From an uncultured Desulfosarcina sp. (GTDB lineage Bacteria > Desulfobacterota > Desulfobacteria > Desulfobacterales > Desulfosarcinaceae), in NCBI GenBank assembly GCA_963674945.2, contig CAXXWQ010000004.1:1760001-1824000 (forward strand): a DNA stretch of 64,000 nt, in the 5' to 3' direction. The position numbers were made by a program, and so were the translations under genes. The notes under the pieces are model-generated. The model did not search any database, was not told the DNA's origin, and saw only the letters and a list, made by a program, of their open reading frames with translations. Positions 1 through 9,108 of the stretch are shown in pieces (the stretch's first letter is position 1; every line of letters begins with the position of its first letter).

Positions 1-8
1 ATCGGGGG

Positions 9-596
9 ATGATTCCCCGCATGGAATTGATCGGCGCTCTTCGCGCGAGTCAAGCGCTGGTCGTGTCCCTGCTTGCCGTGGTTCAGACCGGCGGCATGGG
101 GGTGCTGGGACTGGGAAAGAAAAAATTGTTTTATGGACTAAAACAAGGAATGATTTGGTCTTTCGGGTTTGCAATCGTTGCAGGCTTGATGTTCATTGGA
201 TTTCTATTAGCAGACCAGAACCCACTGAAACTAGTTCATAGCAGATCGCCAACTGGACTGTTTACCAAAACTTTGTTTTTTGTCGTTGGCGGTGTAATTG
301 CACCGGTAGCAGAAGAGATAGTCTTTAGAGGCCTGATTTTTGGCTATCTACGTCAAATGTTTAAACACGAGCTTTTTGGCTATCTACGCCACTGGAATGT
401 GGTCTTGGCAGTTTTGGTCTCCACCGCCCTATTTGCAATCATTCATTTTAGAACGGCAATCCCCATCACACAGATCGTCGGCGGCATGGTGTTCGCCCTG
501 GCCTATCACAAGACGGGAAGCTTGATCGCACCCATGGTCATCCACATGCTGGGGAACCTGGCCATTTTTACACTCTCCCTGCCCTTATTTTCCTGA
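9..596 (+). CDS. CPBP-family (CAAX-type) intramembrane glutamic protease; true start may lie upstream of the window
   Basis: Motifs APVAEEIVFRG, LFAIIH and HMLGN in a multi-TM protein. Confidence 0.9.
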   Translation: MIPRMELIGALRASQALVVSLLAVVQTGGMGVLGLGKKKLFYGLKQGMIWSFGFAIVAGLMFIGFLLADQNPLKLVHSRSPTGLFTKTLFFVVGGVIAPVAEEIVFRGLIFGYLRQMFKHELFGYLRHWNVVLAVLVSTALFAIIHFRTAIPITQIVGGMVFALAYHKTGSLIAPMVIHMLGNLAIFTLSLPLFS

Positions 597-938
597 CGGT
601 CAAAGTGACTCCATCCGACATCTGCTGATCTGATGGAACAATTGAGGAACGATGGAAGAGGGCTGAAAAGGAATGCGCTTGTCGTCCCTGGTCCCGCATC
701 CGTCGTCCTTCCTTTTAAATTCATTGAATAAATGGAAACAGACCGTATTTTTGCATACAGCATGATGAAAATGCAGTACCCCCATATTGGCTGACACGGC
801 TTGACAGTTTCGGACCGTTTTTATAGATAGTAAGCTCCATGGAAAAGTCAATTCGTCGTCCGGGCAGTACAAGGACCGGATAACGGATAAAAACCGGCCG
901 CGTTCCACAAAACCGTCGGCCTTACCCTAACCAAGTTC

Positions 939-1697
939 GTGAAAAAAATGGGAACCGAGAAAAAAAACCGTCATACCGGACTGGCCACCTTGTTCGACGG
1001 GGTGGAACTAAAAAGTTTTTTCATCAATTACCTGTGGTTCATCATCGCCGTGGAGATCCTGATCTTCCTCGTCAGCTTCCTGGGCAACCTGGGTCCCGAT
1101 AAGGGCCCCTTTCCGTGGAAGTTCTATTTTTATGTCTCCTTTATCACGCCGGTGGCCATTACCTTCCTGCTGGGCGTGTTCATCCTGGCATTCAACCAGT
1201 TCATTTTCGGAGACAAGGAGGTCTCGGGAGAGGACGACGGCCAGAGTGAACAGACGGATGACAACCGGTCGAAGCTGTTTCGACTCAACCTGTTCCTCAC
1301 CCACATGAAGAAGGTGCCGTTTCTGCCGGTCCTGTTTGCACTCGTTGCCTGCGGGGTGCTGTTTTACAAACTGGACGCCATCTTTCTCTTCCTCTTCAAC
1401 GCCGGCGAGAAAATGGTCACCTATGTCCTTATTGCATGTGGCGCCCTTTTGGTGGCAGGCCTGATCTTCGGCATCGCCTGGATCATCAGCAACTACAGGC
1501 TGAGCAAACGGCACATGGAGCACCAGTATCGCTACCGAAACGACGTGATGGACAAGCTGGGGTTCCTGATCATGGATGACGACACGGTGATCGACAAGGA
1601 CGGTAAGCTGATCAGCCAGAAACAGCAGCTCCTGCCGGAGAGTCACCAGACATCCAAGGAACGGGAAACGTTGAAGATCATGCCGCCTTCCAAATGA
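939..1697 (+). CDS. Hypothetical membrane protein (about 4 TM)
   Basis: 252-aa ORF with four hydrophobic segments. Confidence 0.75.
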   Translation: MKKMGTEKKNRHTGLATLFDGVELKSFFINYLWFIIAVEILIFLVSFLGNLGPDKGPFPWKFYFYVSFITPVAITFLLGVFILAFNQFIFGDKEVSGEDDGQSEQTDDNRSKLFRLNLFLTHMKKVPFLPVLFALVACGVLFYKLDAIFLFLFNAGEKMVTYVLIACGALLVAGLIFGIAWIISNYRLSKRHMEHQYRYRNDVMDKLGFLIMDDDTVIDKDGKLISQKQQLLPESHQTSKERETLKIMPPSK

Positions 1698-1740
1698 ATC
1701 TGCCGAAACTTGATCGCCCCAGTGGGAAAGCCGGTCCTTC

Positions 1741-2610
1741 GTGAATCCTGTCGCCGTTACCATCTTTATCGGAATGATCCTGACGATCGTGGTCTACTCG
1801 GTAATGGATCTCACCGGTATCATGGGACAGCTGGGCCGCTTCGGTCCGGTGCTTCCCCTGATCGCCATCGTCTGGCTCATGTACGGTGTCTACAGGGGAG
1901 TCAAATACCTCAAGCGCCGTGCCGCGCGGATTCATATCAAAGGTCCGCTTTACATGCGCTCTTTGATGAACGGCTGCCTCGAACGAACCTGCGGAACTGT
2001 GGAAAAACACATCAACACGCCGCATCTGGCATCTGCGACGATATTCAATGCCATCTTGCTGGACAAAATGCTGTACATCAGTTCCACGGACGGTCTTCGA
2101 TTCACCGAAATTCGCCGCAAAATCGAAAACAGCCGACTGAAAGGCACCGAAGGTCTGGCATTGGCATGTTTCTTTCAGACCGGGACCGAATATCACAAGC
2201 GCCCGCTGCCCGACGAGATTCGGCATGTGTCCGAGATGGTATCCCGCAACCGGTCGGATCTGAGAGAACCGTTGGAACGATTGAAGGATACCCACCGAAA
2301 CCTGTGCACGGGAGCCGGAGACATTCTATCCCTTCTGCCGCCGGATGAAAAACGGATGGAGAAACTACGTGCCACCCACCGCTACCGTCCCCCCTCCCAT
2401 CAACGTGCCCGCCGGATGATCTTCGCACTGGAAACACTGGCCTACCTGCGCGCCATTCGCTATGAAAACGTGAATCCATTGGACCGGCACCGATACGAAT
2501 CCGTGGCCGACCAGGTGATTCCCAAACTGGCGGAAGCCCTGAAAGCCTATCGTCAGGCATGGCAAAATTTGGTGGATGCCTACGAACTGCCCGAAAGTGA
2601 ACGGCCATAG
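1741..2610 (+). CDS. Hypothetical protein with N-terminal TM helices
   Basis: 289-aa ORF, two N-terminal hydrophobic segments, follows previous gene. Confidence 0.7.
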   Translation: MNPVAVTIFIGMILTIVVYSVMDLTGIMGQLGRFGPVLPLIAIVWLMYGVYRGVKYLKRRAARIHIKGPLYMRSLMNGCLERTCGTVEKHINTPHLASATIFNAILLDKMLYISSTDGLRFTEIRRKIENSRLKGTEGLALACFFQTGTEYHKRPLPDEIRHVSEMVSRNRSDLREPLERLKDTHRNLCTGAGDILSLLPPDEKRMEKLRATHRYRPPSHQRARRMIFALETLAYLRAIRYENVNPLDRHRYESVADQVIPKLAEALKAYRQAWQNLVDAYELPESERP

Positions 2611-2733
2611 TAGATTAACGACCTCGAACTTGTACATATCGTGTTTATATTATTTTCCATAGCTACTGCCGACATGCCATTTCAGAAATGGAGACAATTT
2701 CGGCAAAAAAATAATGCAAAAAGGAGCAAGGCC

Positions 2734-2883
2734 ATGGAAAATAATAATATCAAGCCCAACGAGAAAGAGTGCATCAGCCAGTGCATTATGAAACACTGGT
2801 CCGGATCGGACAAACGGGACGACAATCGGGATGAACGTTATGATAAGTGCCTGACAAATTGCGACATCTGCGGTTCGGCCTGA
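2734..2883 (+). CDS. Small Cys-rich protein (49 aa)
   Basis: AAGGAG RBS at about 2721; CISQC and CLTNCDIC motifs. Confidence 0.55.
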   Translation: MENNNIKPNEKECISQCIMKHWSGSDKRDDNRDERYDKCLTNCDICGSA

Positions 2884-2944
2884 TTATTCGATCCATCGCC
2901 GAACCCGAAAGAAGTCAGGCTCGGGTTTTTCCTAATGAAAAAAG

Positions 2945-2982
2945 CAAAGCCCCTCTGGTCTTAGAGATCAGGGGGGCTTGTT
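2945..2982. terminator. Probable bidirectional intrinsic terminator
   Basis: Hairpin AAGCCCCTCTGGTCT/AGATCAGGGGGGCTT between convergent genes. Confidence 0.6.
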
Positions 2983-2985
2983 TGA

Positions 2986-3936
2986 CTATTGATTGTGAAA
3001 CACACCGAATCGCTTTAAGCTTTGGGCCGGCCAGTAGATATAGTCCAAGCGGCCCTTGATGTCAGACAGGGGAATGGGTCCGAGATAGCGGCTGTCCCCG
3101 AAGTTTTCCCCATGATTGCCCTTCCATTGACGGTTGTCCGCAAGAACGAAGCATCGGCCGTGGGGAACGACGACCTCGGCCATATCGTCCAACGGTTCAG
3201 GACCGACGATGATGGGATAGCTCCCATTGTCGCTTTCCTCCATCACAATCTTGGCACCCGGCGGAAGATCAAGATTCATCTGCGATTCTGTGTCCATCTC
3301 CTTTTGGGGAAGCGGACGGCCGTTGATGTGGACCACGCCGTCTCGAATGGCCACGCGCTCGCCGGGAAGGCCCACGATCCGCTTCATATAGAAGAGCCGA
3401 CGATCATCAGGGTAGACGAAGATTACCACGTCTCCGCGTTGGGGCCGGTGGAGTCTATACCTGGTTTTGTTGAGCAGCACCCGGTCGCCGGGCAGTATGG
3501 CCGGTGCCATGCTGGTCGTAGGAATCTTGAACGCCTGCAGGACGTTGTCCCGGATGCTCGAGGCCAGATTGGTGGGATAGGTCAACGCCACCACGATAAA
3601 CAGCAGGTAGACATACCACCGGTTGTACTCCTTTGGCCGATAGTCGCTGCCGATTTTTCTGGCCAGCAGGCCGGCATCCACCAGGGCATACAAAAACACC
3701 CCCAGCAGCAACAGCAACGATAGGATCACCACCGAGAGCATGAGAGGCGATGCCGCATTCTGGGCGGCAAACACCACGATGGGGGCAAAGGCGAAGCCGG
3801 CGAAAAAGAGGATCAGCCCTTTCAACAATCGGCCGCAGTAAACGTGGCCCAAGCCGGTGGCGGCAACCGAGAGGAGAACCGCCAGAACCGGACGACGGGT
3901 TTGACTGGCCGATACCGGTGTCGATAGCATATTCAT
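2986..3936 (-). CDS. lepB: Signal peptidase I (S26) with extended N-terminal TM region
   Basis: IPTTSMAP (catalytic Ser), MKRIVGLPGE (catalytic Lys), GDSRYLGP. Confidence 0.9.
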   Translation of the reverse strand: MNMLSTPVSASQTRRPVLAVLLSVAATGLGHVYCGRLLKGLILFFAGFAFAPIVVFAAQNAASPLMLSVVILSLLLLLGVFLYALVDAGLLARKIGSDYRPKEYNRWYVYLLFIVVALTYPTNLASSIRDNVLQAFKIPTTSMAPAILPGDRVLLNKTRYRLHRPQRGDVVIFVYPDDRRLFYMKRIVGLPGERVAIRDGVVHINGRPLPQKEMDTESQMNLDLPPGAKIVMEESDNGSYPIIVGPEPLDDMAEVVVPHGRCFVLADNRQWKGNHGENFGDSRYLGPIPLSDIKGRLDYIYWPAQSLKRFGVFHNQ

Positions 3937-4043
3937 GTATTCCTCCTTTTAAAAAGCTTTTCCCATCTTACCCATGGGCAAAATAACGTAAGAGTGTATT
4001 TCTTCAGCGATACGGTTTGCCATCTTTGACCTGGAAAAGCGTT

Positions 4044-4331
4044 TTATGGCATGGCCAGATGCGGCCGACACAAATTGATGACGATATACAGGATGCGAAA
4101 CAGACCCAGCAGCGCCAATCCCCATGCCGTGGCCCATCGCAAAAGACGGCTCGAAAATGTTATGTCATCGGACGGCGTGTCACGGGCCGGTTCGACCTTT
4201 CGGGCCTGGATCTCGGCCATGACACCGGCGCTGAAATCCCCGGGAACCGCCACACTCCTGCGATTTTGCTTCCATTTATGGATCATCTTCTCTCTATCCA
4301 TGATCATCGTTCCTATTTTGTTATTCATCAA
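4044..4331 (-). CDS. Putative anti-sigma factor (single TM)
   Basis: Overlaps end of ECF sigma gene; VPGDFSAGVM motif then C-terminal TM. Confidence 0.6.
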   Translation of the reverse strand: MMNNKIGTMIMDREKMIHKWKQNRRSVAVPGDFSAGVMAEIQARKVEPARDTPSDDITFSSRLLRWATAWGLALLGLFRILYIVINLCRPHLAMP

Positions 4332-4848
4332 GCACCCTGCGAAGCCTTTCTTTTGCGCGGGAAAGACGTGATTTCACCGTTCCCAGGGCCAAATTCTCCA
4401 CCTGGGCGATCTGTTTGTAGGAGAGCCCCTCCAGTTCCGCCATCACGAAAATCACCCGTTCCCGAAACGGGAGTCGCGCGAATGCCTCGTCCAATCGTTT
4501 GAATGTCTCTTTTTCCAGCAAGTCGTCCGATGGTGTGCGCTCGTCCACTCTTTCCGGCATTTTCTCAAGCAAAAGTTCCCGTCTTTTTTTCTTCTCATTG
4601 AGCACCCGGTTTCTGGCAATCCGATAGATCCAGGTACGAAAAGATGCCCGCTGGGGATCGAAACCGGCAATATGGGCGAAGGCGGAAACGAAGATGTCCT
4701 GCACCAGATCCTCTGCGATGGAACCATCCACCAGATTGGCCACGAAGCGAAACAGCGGTCCCTGGTATTTGTGCACCAGTTGTTCGAACGCTCGTACATT
4801 ACCCGCTTGTATTCGGGAGATGACCGCGTTTTCTTCGTGTATTTCCAT
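4321..4848 (-). CDS. ECF RNA polymerase sigma factor
   Basis: AEDLVQDIF, FRTWIYRIARN, GTVKSRLSRAK (regions 2 and 4). Confidence 0.95.
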   Translation of the reverse strand: MEIHEENAVISRIQAGNVRAFEQLVHKYQGPLFRFVANLVDGSIAEDLVQDIFVSAFAHIAGFDPQRASFRTWIYRIARNRVLNEKKKRRELLLEKMPERVDERTPSDDLLEKETFKRLDEAFARLPFRERVIFVMAELEGLSYKQIAQVENLALGTVKSRLSRAKERLRRVLDE

Positions 4849-5354
4849 ACAAGACGCCTTATTCGACGCTGGGCGTTGGTTTAATTAACTGCAATCATCG
4901 GCGTGAAGGGACACCCGAGGCGACAATTGATCTTTGAATTCATGCCATTTTTCCATTGTATCTGCTTCGAAGGATGCAAAAAAGGCATCGGAAAAGGCGG
5001 CTTTATTTCCCACCTCCAGTAAAAATTCGCGAAATTGTCGGGGATAGGGGCATATTGGCGCGCCTCGACTTTTTCGATGGCCGTATCCAAACAATCGGCA
5101 ACCGCCTTTAATTTTTTTAGTTTTAAATGATTATACAATCGAAAGGCGGAAAGGTTCCCAAAAAATTAAACAATACTATCTCGGTAAAGCTGCGCTATTT
5201 AATTGCCGGTTTAATAACTTGACATGTATCGCCAAGTGAATAGCTTACTTTTGCCTAAGATGAGCGTTTCACCCTTCTCAGGCAGGGTTGAATGAATATG
5301 TTCCATATTAAGAAATCAGCTGATTTCTTTATATAATATTGGAGGTACACAAAA

Positions 5355-5522
5355 ATGAGTGATGATAAGCAAAAAACCTTATGTGCCCATATCGAAGAAG
5401 AACTGCAGGTCAAAGATCCGAAGGCCTACATCTCACTGATTAAACCGGCGACTCATTACTGTGGCGGCTGTGGACGCAGCGCCGCAAAGGCCGAAAATCT
5501 GTGTAAACCGCAAGAGCTGTAA
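5355..5522 (+). CDS. Small Cys-rich protein (55 aa, not in ORF track)
   Basis: GGAGG RBS at 5341; MSDDKQKTLC...YCGGCGRSAAKAENLCKPQEL; followed by terminator. Confidence 0.7.
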   Translation: MSDDKQKTLCAHIEEELQVKDPKAYISLIKPATHYCGGCGRSAAKAENLCKPQEL

Positions 5523-5537
5523 GATATCCGGATACCA

Positions 5538-5582
5538 TCCGCCCCATTTCCTGGATCGATGGAGATGGGGCGGATTTTTTAT
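5538..5582 (+). terminator. Intrinsic terminator
   Basis: ATCCGCCCCAT...ATGGGGCGGAT followed by T run. Confidence 0.7.
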
Positions 5583-5633
5583 TTAATTGAATGGGTTATA
5601 AAAAGGCAGACTTGGCCGTTCTTTCATGGATGA

Positions 5634-6230
5634 TCACCGGAAATAGACTCTCAATCCGAAATTGAGGCCGAACGAGGTATACGAACTATCGGTGGTAACC
5701 ACGTCGGACACAACACCGTTATTGAATTCAAATTCTTCATCCCGGTCCGTTTCCGAATAAGCAAGACCGATGGTCGCGGCTACGTATCGATTGAAAAAGT
5801 ATTCCCAGCCGGCACCCAATGACCAGGTGGTTCCGTCGGATTCTATGCTTAAATCGTCAGAATCGCTCTCGGATCTGAAATAGCCGAGCCTTCCGGTAAG
5901 GTAGAAATTGGAGTTCTCATTGAAAGGGAAATGATAGGTGACAAAGGGGGCCAGCGAGTATGTCGTAGAATCCGAGTAGTCACTGCTCGAAAAACCGAAA
6001 CCAACAGCTCCGCCGATTTCCAGATTGTTCATAACAAGGTAACCGATTTCCACCGACGCCTGAAAGTGATCGATGTCTTCTGCACCATCCGAATCATGTT
6101 TTCCAAGAAACATGTCCGATGATCCGCCAAGTGAAATCGTTCCTTTTTCGATGGTAAAGGCATGGGCATCGACGGTGAAGAAGAAACAGGTTGCAGCAAT
6201 CGCAGTCAACAGAACAATTCGCTTCCGCAT
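5634..6230 (-). CDS. Outer-membrane beta-barrel protein
   Basis: Signal peptide from MRKRIVLL (AGGAG RBS), amphipathic strands, C-terminal GLRVYF. Confidence 0.8.
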   Translation of the reverse strand: MRKRIVLLTAIAATCFFFTVDAHAFTIEKGTISLGGSSDMFLGKHDSDGAEDIDHFQASVEIGYLVMNNLEIGGAVGFGFSSSDYSDSTTYSLAPFVTYHFPFNENSNFYLTGRLGYFRSESDSDDLSIESDGTTWSLGAGWEYFFNRYVAATIGLAYSETDRDEEFEFNNGVVSDVVTTDSSYTSFGLNFGLRVYFR

Positions 6231-6354
6231 TCTCGAACACTCCTTTGTTAAATGATAAATGGCAGGTCTCCTGTATTCGTGTATACTACGATGATCGATA
6301 AGAAGATCCAGAAACCGTCTCTCGATATTAAGTGGCAAGAGACGATTTCTATCA

Positions 6355-6535
6355 AGGCCAGAGGGAAAAAGCTGTATGCGTTTATACCGCGACGACCGAT
6401 AAGGCAGTCCAGATACCATCTTACAACAAGTAAACGTCACGAAACGGTTTTTGGCGAGGCCAGAGGGAGGAAGCTGTATGTGGTTATACCGCGACGACCG
6501 ATAACGAAGCCCAAAAGCCGTTTCGTGACGTTTAC
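6355..6535. repeat. REP/MITE-like intergenic repeat: two 48-nt core copies, the second inside a 25-bp inverted repeat
   Basis: Cores 6355-6402 and 6457-6504 (44/48 identical); arms 6430-6454 and 6511-6535 (24/25 complementary). Confidence 0.75.
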
Positions 6536-7698
6536 AATACCTTGCGGATGCCCCGCACCGCTTGATTGATCCTCATATTGTTCTCGATAAGGGCAAACCG
6601 CACATACTCGTCGCCGTATTCCCCGAACCCCAGCCCCGGCGAAACGGCCACCTGGGCCTCGCGGATCAGGAACTTGGAGAACTCCACGGACCCCATCTTT
6701 CGAAACTGTTCCGGGATCCTGGCCCAGACGAACATGGTGCCCTTTGGCGGCGGAATCTCCCAACCGGCCCTGGAGAGGCCGGAAATCAGGGCGTCCCGCC
6801 TCGATTGATACGTGTCACGAATCTCGGACACGCAGTCCTGGGGGCCGTTGAGGGCGATGATGGAAGCGATCTGGATCGGCTGGAAAATGCCGTAGTCCAG
6901 GTAGCTCTTGATCCGTTTCAGGGCGAAGATAGTCTCCGGATTGCCAACGCAAAACCCCACACGCCAACCGGCCATGGAGTAGCTTTTCGACATGGAGAAA
7001 AACTCCACCCCCACATCCTTGGCCCCCTTTGCCTGAAGAAAACTGGGTGCCTGATAACCGTCGAAGGTAAGATCGGCGTAGGCAAAATCATGGATCACCA
7101 TGATATCGTGTTCCTTGGCATAGTCCACCACCCGCTGGAAAAAAGTCAAATCCACCACCTCGGTGGTGGGGTTGTGGGGATAGCTGATCACCAGCACCTT
7201 GGGCCGGGGCCAGGTCTGCTTGGTGGCCTGGACCAGGTTATGGAAAAAATCCTCATCGGGTCCGGCCGGGATACCCCGAACGTCGCCACCGGAGATAATG
7301 GATGAATACGGGTGAATGGGATAGGTGGGATTGGGCACGAAGACCACGTCGCCGGGCCGGATGGTCACCAGGATCAGGTGGGACATGCCCTCCTTGACCC
7401 CGATGGTGACGATGGCCTCGGTGTCCGGATCGATGGAGACGTCGAAGCGACGCCTGTACCAGTCGCTGATGGCCATGCGCAGCTTGGTAATGCCCATGGA
7501 GGCGGAATAGCGATGGTTTCGCGGATTCTGGGATGCCTCGACGAGTTTGTCGACGATATGCTGGGGCGTGCCGATGTCCGGGTTCCCCATGCCGAGATCG
7601 ATGATGTCCTCTCCGGCATGCCGGGCATCCATCTTGATCTTGTTGACGGTGGCAAACACGTACGGCGGCAAACGGTCCAGCCTGGCGAATCTTGTCAT
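6532..7698 (-). CDS. alaC: PLP-dependent class I/II aminotransferase, AlaC-like
   Basis: [37 protein letters not shown]; closely resembles E. coli AlaC. Confidence 0.85.
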   Translation of the reverse strand: MTRFARLDRLPPYVFATVNKIKMDARHAGEDIIDLGMGNPDIGTPQHIVDKLVEASQNPRNHRYSASMGITKLRMAISDWYRRRFDVSIDPDTEAIVTIGVKEGMSHLILVTIRPGDVVFVPNPTYPIHPYSSIISGGDVRGIPAGPDEDFFHNLVQATKQTWPRPKVLVISYPHNPTTEVVDLTFFQRVVDYAKEHDIMVIHDFAYADLTFDGYQAPSFLQAKGAKDVGVEFFSMSKSYSMAGWRVGFCVGNPETIFALKRIKSYLDYGIFQPIQIASIIALNGPQDCVSEIRDTYQSRRDALISGLSRAGWEIPPPKGTMFVWARIPEQFRKMGSVEFSKFLIREAQVAVSPGLGFGEYGDEYVRFALIENNMRINQAVRGIRKVL

Positions 7699-7760
7699 GA
7701 AACATTCCTTGCGTGGGGGATGTTAGGAAAAAAGACGAATATTGATCTGAATTTTATGGG

Positions 7761-7789
7761 AAAATATAACAACCATGAAAAATTGTCAA
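7761..7789 (-). promoter_or_regulatory. Putative sigma70 promoter of alaC
   Basis: TTGACA (7789-7784), 17 nt spacer, TATTTT (7766-7761). Confidence 0.55.
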
Positions 7790-7797
7790 AAAAATAG

Positions 7798-7803
7798 GGA
7801 AGC
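7798..7803 (+). repeat. Left target-site duplication GGAAGC
   Basis: Same hexamer at 47904-47909 directly after the right end. Confidence 0.8.
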
Positions 7804-7850
7804 TGAAGCGCGGTGACATAACTCAGGCCTGAAAATTGACATAACTCTTT
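7804..7850 (+). repeat. Left terminal inverted repeat with two TGACATAACT boxes
   Basis: TGAAGCGCGGTGACATAACTCAGGCCTGAAAATTGACATAACTCTTT matches reverse complement of 47857-47903. Confidence 0.9.
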
Positions 7851-7941
7851 CCCAAAATAGTTTGATATGCTCAAACTAAATTTGATTTGACCCTTCCAAG
7901 TAGGCAACGCACTCCCCAAACTGGATTATAGCGCGCCCGTA

Positions 7942-9108
7942 TTATCGGTTGCCTTTGGCGCGATTGTGGGTGACACATAGCATTTGGCAGTTTTTAGCTG
8001 AGCTTTCACCGCCCTTGCTCCACGCAGAAACATGGTCTGCGTCCATTTCGGCGAATTTCCATATTTTGCTTTTGTTGGCAGCATGGCCATCTGCGCAGAG
8101 CGGACAATTCGATGTGCTTTTGGCTTCGGCAGCTTTAGTCTGTTTAGCGTAGACGGACCTCTTGGTTGCTTCGTCGAAAACCCGTACATTCAGAAGCTTC
8201 GAATCTTGAAGGCCGCCGAGAATGTATTCGAAGACGCCGCGACGATTTTTGACGTACGGGTCGCTATAAAGCCGCTGGACTTCGGCAGAAACTTTGGCCG
8301 GATCGTATGACATTGAGTGGTATTGTTCGTAGAGCCGTCCCCACTCCAACCCCTTCATCTCCTTCTCAACATCTCTAAACAAGCTTGACACCCAGTCGAT
8401 TACGCTATTGAAGTAGGCTTTTAGCTCATTGATGTTGCCCTCAGTGCGATGGCTGCTCATATAGCCGCCAATATCGCCTTTGCTCACCCAGTCCAACGCA
8501 CACCCCAGGAAGTCCTGCCGGTTTGCGCTGCCCTTGATGTACGCACTCCATTTCTGGATGTTCGCGTTCTGGCTGTTGCTGAATTCGGCCTTGGCAAGCG
8601 TTACGAACGGCCCGGAGTAGATGGCGTTTAAGAGCTCTTGTGGGTTGAGAGGCACACCCGCGATGTTGATGGTCTCAAACCATTGCTTAATCTCGGTCTC
8701 CGTGCCTTCACACTCATAAATCAGCAATTTCGATTCCCGAATTTTAGCCTTCTGGTCGGCGGGCAAGCTGTCGAAATTCTTCGGATTGCCGTTATCAATG
8801 ATCGCGAACTTGTTCGTAACGAACCGTCCGATACTGGTGATGCGCTGCTGACCGTCCAGCACCTCGAACTCGTCCTCCGCGACTTTGTTGAAGTAGATCA
8901 GTCCGAGCGGATACCCCTTGAGCAACGAGTGGATCACTGCCGCCTCCTTCATGCCACCGCCATCCGCATAGATGTAGTTCCGCTGGTACTCTGGCTGAAT
9001 GGTGAGCTTCCCGCCCAACCCGTACAGCCCTTTTCCCTCCAGTTGATTGTACACAAACCCGTCGCAGATGTCGGCCACGGTGATGGCGGTTCTCAGTGTA
9101 GTATTCAA
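7942..9108 (-). CDS. DUF262 (GmrSD N-terminal-like) + HNH endonuclease
   Basis: PEYQR, LDGQQR, FETIN motifs; C-terminal CPLC...DADH...GG...NCQMLC..HN. Confidence 0.85.
   Translation of the reverse strand: MNTTLRTAITVADICDGFVYNQLEGKGLYGLGGKLTIQPEYQRNYIYADGGGMKEAAVIHSLLKGYPLGLIYFNKVAEDEFEVLDGQQRITSIGRFVTNKFAIIDNGNPKNFDSLPADQKAKIRESKLLIYECEGTETEIKQWFETINIAGVPLNPQELLNAIYSGPFVTLAKAEFSNSQNANIQKWSAYIKGSANRQDFLGCALDWVSKGDIGGYMSSHRTEGNINELKAYFNSVIDWVSSLFRDVEKEMKGLEWGRLYEQYHSMSYDPAKVSAEVQRLYSDPYVKNRRGVFEYILGGLQDSKLLNVRVFDEATKRSVYAKQTKAAEAKSTSNCPLCADGHAANKSKIWKFAEMDADHVSAWSKGGESSAKNCQMLCVTHNRAKGNR

Noticed and set aside
4881..5138. Short ORFs upstream of the ECF sigma gene
   Set aside because: Overlapping alternatives without clear RBS or recognisable motifs.
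6355..6504. Mini CRISPR array
   Set aside because: Only two 48-nt imperfect copies, one embedded in an inverted repeat, and no cas genes.
7780..7810. Integrase-type att site or tRNA target
   Set aside because: No tyrosine/serine integrase, no tRNA and no long att core; ends and TSD indicate DDE transposition.
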